A DNA stretch of 64,000 nucleotides from Ramazzottius varieornatus (Eukaryota > Animalia > Tardigrada). The position numbers and the translations under genes were made by a program. The notes beneath the pieces are model-generated. The model was not told where the DNA came from, searched no databases, and saw nothing but the letters and a program-made list of their open reading frames with translations. Location: the NCBI GenBank assembly GCA_001949185.1, contig BDGG01000012.1:1542973-1606972 (forward strand). Direction: 5' to 3'. Of this stretch, positions 54,701-64,000 are shown piece by piece; the first letter of the stretch is position 1; the number at the start of each line of letters is the position of its first letter.

Positions 54701-56080
54701 CTCAGGCTGTTCTTCCACGACAAGATTAGAAGGCGCTGACCACTGCTCTTTCGGGAACACTTCGATGGCGACAATATCTTCATGCACGGCGCGGTTCAAC
54801 GACTCATGCCCTTGAATCAGAATCTGCAGAAGGAAAAAAGGTAAATATTATCCGGCCAAGTTAGAAAAGCATAAATAAAAAGAAAACATATTACGGAGTT
54901 TTCCTGTCCTTCGACCGAGACCGATGCTTCTAAATAGTTCTCGCGACTAGCATGGAATTTTCCTTGCAGATACTTCCCGCTCTTCAGGCCGGCTTGTATA
55001 AGCGACAGTTTCAAGTGAGGTGGGTAGTGAAACATGGAGTTTTTGACGTCTTCTTGGGATTTTTCTTTGACCAACAGATCGATGAGAGGCTCTGTGGTCT
55101 TCAGGTTGCGCACGTAGTCAAACACTGGAAACAGCACAAAGCATAACTTATACTGATGACTACGGTAAGAAGAGGCTAAGATTGCCGAAGGTCGGCTGAC
55201 AAACCTGACATGACAGAAAGACCAAGAGATGTCAAAGCCTCGTCTTGGGATGCGAAAAGTCCATTCGTAAGTAGAAGGATATCCACGGGGTTCTTCTCCT
55301 TTGTAGACAACTTCAAGTGATCTCGATACCAAGCAGACGCAGCGAAGATGGCTCGTAGATTTCGTGCTTCCATAGTTTCCCTCGGTCTTCGTACCACGTA
55401 AGTATCTCTTGAAATTAACATGGTGTGAAGACTGGAGAGCTCGCATGCTAATATGGTGACCATGCGAACATGTCTTAAAATACAAAGCAAAGTGACACTT
55501 ACCGGTGGAATTCGTTAGCGAAACAGTGGATGTTCTTCGACTGGTTCGTGAACAGCAGCTTCAACCTTTCCAGTGCTGGAAGACTCGCTTTCTCCACCTA
55601 TGCGAAGATGGAGAACCCGTATATCGCGACATTCACCATTCCACACAATAGTACAGTTAGACCGGTGTCCACGATGCGCAAGTTCTTCGTACTAACCTCC
55701 TCAACGACAGTGGACATGATGAGGATATTTTTGATCTCCGGATGTTCCAACAGTGCCATCTGAAGGAGACGGAAGATTGACTGGCCGCACTGGCAGAAAC
55801 CTTAGAGGTACAGTATGTAAATAGTACGTCGATAAGCTACCTGGTTAACGACAACTTCCGTGGTCGGTATTATATAGTGCGCTTGAGGCAATGTGTCGCA
55901 GAAAGCCACGTTCGGTAGCTTTTCCAGGCGAACCGGGTTTGCGAGCAAGCACGTCTTACATGCAGAGCTTCCGCAGGAAATGTCGTTCCGTAGATAACGT
56001 TCTCGGACTGTTCGTTGAACGCTTCCATCCTTCGTCCGCCGCAGAGTCAGCATCTGACAGGCGGGTTCCCTTACAGCCAT
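51728..56080 (-). CDS. DIS3: Exosome catalytic subunit DIS3/Rrp44, multi-exon
   Basis: [15 protein letters not shown] region, [15 protein letters not shown] (RNB active site), [31 protein letters not shown]; start at 56080 or 56053. Confidence 0.96.
53831..53979. mobile_element. MITE-like element in a DIS3 intron
   Basis: ~20-bp imperfect TIRs ACGTGACAGGCCAGTAAATA / TATTTCACTGATCTGTCACGT within an unusually long (~250 nt) intron. Confidence 0.55.
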
Positions 56081-56322
56081 CCTACACTACCAGGAAGCAC
56101 AGCGCTTTCCAAGTCCTTCCGGTCCTTGACGACCTGATAGCGATGAGAAGGAAATTCAGTAATCCCGATTCCCAAACGCACAAGATCTGGATTCTGGAAA
56201 AAAACAAAATCCAAAAGATGCGCAAGTCGCAAGATTCCAAGTGACCAGCCAAATCAACAATCAAAGAAAAGGTCGAAAAGTGTCGACCACCTGGGGCAGT
56301 GGTGGGCCACCACTGCCGGCTA

Positions 56323-56509
56323 CAGTTAAGCTTCTGCGACCCTAAATTTACAGTCAGTTATGGGGCAGCGGACGGTTTAAAGTGGTCCATGATACCATCG
56401 GTCCGTGGACCAGTGTATTGATTGATTCTTGTGATGCGTCATGTACCACTTTGAAGCCGTCCGCCGCCTCATAACTGACTGTAAATTCAGGGTCGCAGAA
56501 GTTTAACTG
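56323..56509. mobile_element. Tc1/mariner-type MITE (187 bp)
   Basis: ~70-bp arms (56323-56392 / 56439-56509), ~90% identical; termini CAGT...ACTG; TA on both flanks. Confidence 0.88.
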
Positions 56510-56791
56510 TAGCGGGCATCGCTGCACTGTCAGCACTGATGGCGAAACGGAAAAGCTCAGGGCCTTGCACCTAAAATAATTTATCTGTTACCCATGGCAT
56601 GGGTCATGCGATTTGTTCACGTTGCGCAAGAATCTCCGAGTTCCGGTTCATACCTCGGCACCAGTGCAGCTGGATCCGGACTACTTTTCTCACGTCTGAC
56701 AGCCCGTGGATCTCGCTCCTTCGCATCGCCACGGTGGTGTATAACTGGTGACGTTTAGTGGAGCTCGGATCGAGGATCACCGGTCGGCAAC

Positions 56792-59451
56792 ATGGGCAAA
56801 ATGAAGAAACAGGTGAGTCGTTCAAGCTGCTTGTCCTAGTTGGCTGTTTGGCCTAACCCGGTGATCTTCAGTTCTCAGTTTCTGATATGTCTCATTTTAG
56901 CACTCTTCCGGGATAGCGACACAGTATATCTCCCGGTCGCAGGCAGTGAAGAAGCTGCAGATATCGCTGAAAGATTTCAGGTATTGTGCTGAAATGAATT
57001 TTTGCCATATACAGCCAGTTGTCATCATGTCATGGTTATATGCAAGCTTGATTTTGCAGACGTTTGTGTATCCTGAAAGGTATCTATCCTAACGAACCGA
57101 AGAACAAGAAGAAGGCTAACAAGGGAAGCACAGCCGTCAGGACTTTCTATTACGCAAAGGATATTCAGTTCCTGGCGCATGAGCCTATCATTCAGAAGTT
57201 TCGCGACTTCAAGGTATGGGCGTACTTACAATTATGACGATATTCCCTGAACTTTCGCCAACGACGCTTTTCCTCCGTTCACGACATCTTATGCGCAGTT
57301 CTTACAGACGTGGTCTGCTGTTGCTTTAGGTGTTCATGAAAAAGCTGAAAAGAGCAGATGTCTACAACGATCCAGCATCTACAGCTCGCTTGAAGCGTAA
57401 TAAACCCGTCTATAAGCTCGATCACGTCGTTAAGGAGAGGTATGTACAGAGCATCTGTCTTAAGTTCGCCATTTGTTGGTTTTACTTGACGTTCCCTGCA
57501 CATGTTCCCTGCCCTGGTTTTAGATATCCAACGTTCGCCGATGCAGTCAGAGACCTGGACGATTGTCTGTCGATGTGCTACCTATTCGCCACCTTTTCGA
57601 AGTCCAAGAGCACACCCGAACGCATACTTCGTTTATGTCGCCGCCTCACCGGTACCCATTCCCTGAACTGCCTATGGTTATTCCAGTACCACGATGTAAT
57701 TACAGAGGTTGTTATCGTTTCTTCTTCATGTAGTTGAGTTCATGCACTACGTCATCGCGGCGAAGGCACTTCGAAAAGTGTTCGTTTCCATCAAAGGGAT
57801 CTATTACCAAGCAGATGTCCAAGGGCAGACCGTCACATGGATCGTGCCACATTCTCTGCCATCCCATCAGCCAGCCGACGTAGACTTCAAAGTCATGTTA
57901 ACTTTCACCGAGTTTTACGTGACGATGCTTGGCTTCGTCAACTTCAATCTGTACACCCAGATGAACCTGCTCTATCCGCCCAAGGCACGAGTTTCTGCAA
58001 AACATATTTCGATCTACAATGCCAGAGAAAAGCAAAAAGTATAGGTTTACTCTTGGTTATGTGTGTTGCAGCTAGCCGGTGAGGACGAAGTTAACAGGGC
58101 CGATGATCGAGATTTTGTCAGTACAGAAGAAAATCTGCGAGAGGTATTTGACGGTGTTACAACTTTTACCCAACGAATTTTGTCGCTACTCACGTAGTGC
58201 GCTGTGAGAATATTTCTGTCTTGTAGAGAGTCTTTGCGCTGAACCAGTCACTTGCCACTGCGATGAGTAGCGTGGAAGAAGAAGTACAGATGGACGAGTT
58301 CCCGGCGGCTACGGTATGTTAGTGGCGTAGACGTTTCGAGTGGTTCTACTGTATAATTATGTGCCTGTATAATGTAGGAAACGGACGCATCAGCTGTGGA
58401 AAAAGCGCGGCAAGAATTCGAGCAGAACAAGAAGATCGGAACGCTATTCGAAGGCAAAAAGTTCTTCCTGAACCGGGAAGTACCACGAGAGATGATGGTC
58501 TTCCTAATCAGGTACGTACCGTACTGCCAAATTTGCGACGGTTGTCTGATAATTTCGAATTGTTCTTCAACCTGTGTACCTCACTGATTTCAGAGCTTGT
58601 GGTGGAGAATGTTCTTGGGATCGCACTACTGCGTTCGGAGCAACCTTTGACGAAGAAGACAAGTCAATCGCATACCAACTCGTCGATCGGCCCATGGAAA
58701 AGAAACAGCAAGTGATCAACAGGTACTCTCTGGAATTACGTTCTGTCGGTCTCTGTTTGAACCTGCCGCTTGATTGAAGGTATTATTTACAACCGCAATG
58801 GGTCTTCGACTCGATCAACGCGAGGAGACTTCTGCCCGTTGAGCCGTACTTTGTGGGGCAGAAGCTGCCACCACATCTGTCGCCGTTTGTCGACAACAGT
58901 CAGTACCAACCCATCACTGCGCCTGTCATCCTGCCGGCTACCGGATTCCGTGCGCCGGATATCGGACAGGATAAGGATGAAGAAGTTAGCGAGTCTGAAG
59001 ATGAAGAAGGAAATGACGCCGATAGCAAAGCGCAACAGCCATCCAGGAAGAAGCTGAGAAAAGCAGTAGCGCAGGAGAAACCTGAGGTAAAGTAAACCTT
59101 GCGCTGTACATGTAATTCGCAACGCATAGGAGCTTAGATGAAGACAATCAAGGTCTTCTGTTAATTTTAATAGTATTCGTTGGTTTGAAGCATCGGAATT
59201 GATGTTTTGTTGTTTTGCAGATGGCTGTCCGACGAGGAATTGCCAAGGTGGAAGACAAGAAGAAAGCAGCCGAACAAGAGGCTGCCGAAGAACGAAGACT
59301 GGCCATCTTAACTATCCCTAAGAAGAGGAAACGTCTCTTCGACCAGATCATGTATAGTAAGAAGGCTCAGCAGAAAGAAGCAAGAAAACTGAACTCGAAG
59401 AGGAAAGCCATTGAGTCTGAAGTGGTCGAGACGAAAAAAGCAAAAGTCTGA
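56792..59451 (+). CDS. PES1: Pescadillo homolog, multi-exon
   Basis: [19 protein letters not shown]|[43 protein letters not shown] ([28 protein letters not shown]). Confidence 0.96.
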
Positions 59452-59561
59452 TAGAATTGTTATATTGTCATCAGAATGAGCTAGTTTCTCCAACATATTT
59501 TTATATATTAGCGGGATTCTTGTTAGTTTACAACGATGACGACAAAGAAAACCTCAGAACG

Positions 59562-61491
59562 TTATTTTCTGGCTTTTACGTTCTTAGCGGGAGGATGAGG
59601 ATGGTGATGAGCCTGCTCCTTCTCCGCTGCCTGGTTAGACTCCTTCAACCGAGCAAGTTCCGCCTGCCGCGCAGGCTCCTTGATCTGTTCGTTAGCGGCT
59701 TTGAGCTGGGCATTCGTGATGAACTTCTGCTGACACTGTGCTTTAGATCTGAGGTTCTCTTCGTTCGTCTCGGTGTTTCCACTGTCAAACGTCACCCGAT
59801 TATTACTCGCAGGAAGTTTGGTACTGCGGTACTCCAGGAACTTCTCGTCCTCGATTAGCTGACTCAGCTTGCCCCAGTCCGCGTGTTCGAAAAATTCCGG
59901 CAGTCTCTCGGAAACAATCTCGATATTCATCTTCGTAAGCTCAAGCAAACCTTCGATACTAGGATGAGATTCGAGGTATTGCTCGTCCTCTTCGAACATG
60001 CTGAAGGTCCGAGCAATCCGTTTGTTCATAGCCTGCAGTGCTTGTACGAAGTTTTCAAGGTCTTGCGCGTTCTCAGCTTGATCGACCAACAGAGCTCGGA
60101 CTTCGGCTATGTCCTTGTCGTAGTTGTCTTGTAGAGTTTCGATCACCTTCTGGGCAGCTGCAGCTCGATCGGCAAGCCTGGCTTCGGTGTTGTCATGCTC
60201 TGTGTGAAATACAGACTGCTCTGGTCGGAGTACCGTGTTCAGGATGTGTAAGACTCGCTCTATTTGGGATTGTAACATGGCGGCCTTCGAGACCTGGTCG
60301 CGAATATACCGAAGAACCTCTTCCGGGGTTCCCGCTTTGGTCGCCATGCACAGAGCCTCAGAAGCCCGTTTCAGTTCATTCGTCTGCAATTTGGCGATTT
60401 CGCTACTTCTGTCATCCTTTCCGACCGAAGATAACACGTGAGGGAACTTCTTGACGAAAGGTGGCTCGTGCCGAACGAGACTTCCGCCGGAAGTGCGTTG
60501 GATGTTTTCGTTCAGTCCGACCAGGTTCCTCGTACATTTCTTACAGAGCTCCCGGTGTTCTTTCATGGCTTCTTGAAGATCTTTGAGCATTTCTTTCTTT
60601 GTTATTTCCGCTTCTTCTAGCGCCCCAGTCGAACCGAAGAAAAGTTTCTCGGCACGGCGAGATGCTCTGTCGCCTTCGTGCAGAATACTCGACAGGTACG
60701 AAATTTCCTTTTCCTGTTCTTTGATCCGAAGCTGCAGAACAAAGCAACTTTTCTCCTTGTTACATTCGGCCATGTCACATTACATCGTACTGCATTACAT
60801 TACTAGGTAAACTTACCTACCGTAAGGTCCTTACCGACAGGTCTTTCAAAGTCCTCTCGAAATTCGTCGCATCTTCCTTCAAGTAGCCATCCACGGCAGC
60901 AAGCTTGCCCGCTATATCCTCTATCAGCTCGATATGCGTGGCTGCATTCGTGATGCATTTAGCGTTGTCGAAGGTCTTTCGGGCTACCCTTTTCATCGAA
61001 TAATTCGGGAACTTTGTTCGAAAAATGATGTCGGTGCCGGAAGTCTTGTTCGAGATCGATATTTTACGCTTCGTGTTGTTCTCTTGTTTAATCTGTTTCG
61101 CTCTTGCTTTGTGATAGATAAGGATATCCAAGCCTCTTCTCTTGAGCAATATTTTACGACGAAGCGCAGCCTTGATTTTGTCAGGTGTGGAATGTATGAA
61201 GCTCCGCGCTTCCTCCTGTGAGCGGCCGTGATGAACAAACATATTGAAAATAAAATCATTACCGCCGTTCTTCGATGAATTTATAATGTGTTCCTCTTCG
61301 ATTCTCTTGTCTTGAAGCTTTCCTACTTCCTCGTTGTGGACAATACGAGAATGTGAAAGATTCTCGTTAAAATTCTTCATGGACCTTTCCGCCACAACGA
61401 CCATATGTCGAGAGTACTTCAAATCATCAATCAAATGTTGCGGGTCGATATCGATTTCATCATGAAAATCATCCTCTTCCTCATCAGCCAT
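59562..61491 (-). CDS. Coiled-coil protein, outer dynein arm docking complex subunit ODAD3/CCDC151-like (~610 aa, one intron 60732-60834)
   Basis: Two long in-phase ORFs with heptad-rich sequence; GYLKEDATNFERTLKDL and KLPASNNRVTF resemble CCDC151 segments (recalled similarity, not a search). Confidence 0.55.
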
Positions 61492-61824
61492 TACCAGAAA
61501 TTCTCGGTGTGGTAAAAAACAGTAATCTCTCTAGTAGAAAAATACCACAAGCTCTAGAAAACAGTAATTAGTATATCGTGAGAAACTTTTCAGAAACAAA
61601 GTAAGAGTAACAAAAGAAAGAGCAACGATCTAGTAGGTGAGCTCGACCTTGCGGGTCAAAGAGCAACTATTTGGCGCTATAAAACTTCTCTAGAGGTGAC
61701 CGGCGCGGTAGTTGTGTTGTTAAGGTGTCACGTAGTGCAAACTTCTTCTTTCAGTAAAGGATGTATGTCATCATGTGAACAACGGGGATGGAGGAACCAT
61801 GGGTAAAGTACTTCAAAGGGTTCG

Positions 61825-64000
61825 CTAATGAAACACGCCAGTTTCCTACGAAGAAAAGCGAACCGGTGAGCCATACTTCGCAGTGAGTGAAAACCAAAAA
61901 AGCACAGTGCATTTACGGTTCTGGTGCGACAGCTTCATGGGGCATACCCATGGGTATGCGGCGAGCTTACCGGTAAATGCCGTCCTTTGGTCTCGATTGG
62001 AAGGAATATACAATTGATCGCTACAAGAGACGGAATGGACGTTCAGTTGAACAAGATTTTACGAGCCGACCATCGGACAGCTGTTTTGCTTTAGGTGTTG
62101 AACATGCAAATACTTACCAGTTAGCAACATGACAGTAGCGTAGACAGCGAGAGCCGCTGGTATGGACTTGGCTAAGAGTACCTGAGCGACGAACGGCGAG
62201 ATCTAGAAAGGACAAACATTATAATTAAACGCTTACACCGTAAACGGAAAATCTGTTGGAATATTTGCTAGGGTAAAGAGTGTGATCGAACCTTACCATC
62301 GAACCGATACGGGCGAAAGAATTACATGTTCCAAGCCCGACAGCGCGGAATGTGGTGGGATACACCTATAAAACAAATTCGGCGATTAGTACTCACATGT
62401 AAAGTACACAAGGATGAGCGAATAATGGCTGTTTGACAAGTGTTTATTCAACGGACTGACCTCTGAAGTGTACACGAAAACGACATTTCCGACCGCCGAC
62501 ATGAACATACGAGAACTCATGATGAAGAAAGACAGCAGATACCGCGTTGTGCATATGTTCATCAGTAGGGTGAAGCCGGCACAACCGATCAGGTTCACCA
62601 CGAATGTCCACTTTCGGCCCACGCGATCCATTAGCAGAAGATTAATCACCAGCGCTATCCAAAATGAAACCACAAGATATCAATAAAACCATAATGGTAT
62701 TATGTTGGGTTAATCACGTACATACAACACCTGGGATGTCGGCGAATGGTTCCACCCAAAGCATAATCTCGAATGGCGCAATCGCCAGTTGCAACTGGCT
62801 AGGAGCGTGCGCATTTTGAGAAAACAATTCTGGGGGAATCTATTTGCCGATGTTTGAATTACTTTCTTACATCCGAATTCTCCAAGGGTTCCAACAATGA
62901 TCGTCACGTAATCGTCAGTGGACAACGGTCGACATTCGCAGTCCTCAATGTTGATCGAAACGTGTTCTTCGGTCCGCACAACATTCCCTGGAAAAGAGCA
63001 GGAAGAGTTATGGACCAAGAATCACCGAATTATTAGTTTTGGGCGTGGTCGCTAGAGAAAGCATACCTGAAATATCGCACATCTGGGTTCGCTCCACAAT
63101 TTCGGTGGATCCTAGTACTACTCCAAAGTATCCGAAAGTCATGCAGAACCAAACGATGAAGAGCTGTATGGTCAGCCGGCGGTAAGGTCCGGAAAACATA
63201 TCCTTGATCTTCCCTTGCTCTTGCTAACAGACCAAACCACGTCAAGAAAAGGCGTTACATGTGAGAAAACAGATACTGGAAGAAACACATAACATTATTT
63301 ATTAGAAGGGTTTTTCAGAAATGACTTCTTACATGAGCTGGTTGTAATAATTTTCCGGCTGGGAGACTTGTGTTGTTTTCTCTGGCAATCTTTTGCAGGA
63401 CAGACAACGCCCTGTCGTATCTATCAACCGACAGTAAGTATCTCGGCGACTCTGGCACCAGCTAAGCAGAAGAAAGTAAACACTATCATTAATACCGATT
63501 AAAGAGCAGCCCCCAACAAACTCTTTATAATTAGAACCGACAACACAGAAGCAACAAGAAAGCATCTACGGCTCTCACTCTGAAAAACGCAAGGCTGATC
63601 CACGCAAGAACCGCTGTAAGAACCATTAGCCATCGCCAGCCGAATTGCGGTATGATTATCGCCGCTGTGGCAATCAAGATGAAACTGCCTAACGCCCAAA
63701 ATAGCTAAATGAAGGAACAACAAGAAGACATGCTCCGTTACGTCGAGACCCGAAACGTGGAAAACATGTGGACCTTACTTGGTTGAGGACTAAGGTTTTT
63801 CCTCGATGCTTCGGAGGAAGCATTTCCGCAAAAAGAATAAAGCTACAGAATACAAAAAAACATTTCAATATAATTTTGGGCGTATATGTAATGTAATATA
63901 AAATCACCTTTGTCCTGTCCCAACTACGCAAGCTCCCACCATCATTCTCAGGAACAACAACCAGTGATAGGTGGGACTGAAGGCTGTCAAAACACCGAAC
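61825..64000 (-). CDS. SV2-related (SVOP-like) MFS transporter, 3' part; continues beyond the window
   Basis: FAEMLPPKHRGK, WFCMTFGYFGVVL, LMDRVGRKW, FVYTSEVYPTTFRA, LPIETKGRHLP. Confidence 0.85.
62735..62855. repeat. Family B palindromic element in an SVOP-like gene intron
   Basis: GATGTCGGCGAATGGTTCCACCCA..ATGGCGCAATCGCC-loop-GGAGCGTGCGCATTTTGAG..TATTTGCCGATGT; outer arms match the PFK-intron copy. Confidence 0.7.

Overview
Gene-dense eukaryotic (invertebrate metazoan) DNA with very short introns (mostly ~50-90 nt); there are no prokaryotic systems, CRISPR arrays, rRNA or tRNA. Gene models were spliced by eye. In order, the window holds: a miRNA-type Argonaute (AGO1-like, intact DEDH tetrad), RPL19, phosphofructokinase, a large uncharacterised type II membrane protein (SEA-like/mucin/TSP1x2/LDLa x2), AASDHPPT, a TRPM-like (probably TRPS/ced-11-like) channel with a degenerate NUDT9-like domain, CDK7, two head-to-head Ctr copper transporters, Asterix/WDR83OS, HscB, NIFK, a DJ-1 homolog lacking the reactive cysteine, spartin, DIS3, pescadillo, an ODAD3/CCDC151-like coiled-coil protein and a partial SVOP-like MFS transporter. 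Mobile DNA includes an internally deleted pogo/Tigger-like element (26-bp TIRs, TA TSD), an internally deleted hAT element and a Tc1/mariner-type MITE in the DIS3/PES1 promoter. The most unexplained signals are two dispersed families of short palindromic elements: family A (ACCTGCATAC arms with ~30-nt variable spacers) and family B (~115-nt intronic hairpins). The Cys-less DJ-1, the dead Nudix box and four GC-AG introns are also notable. Species cannot be assigned from the sequence alone.
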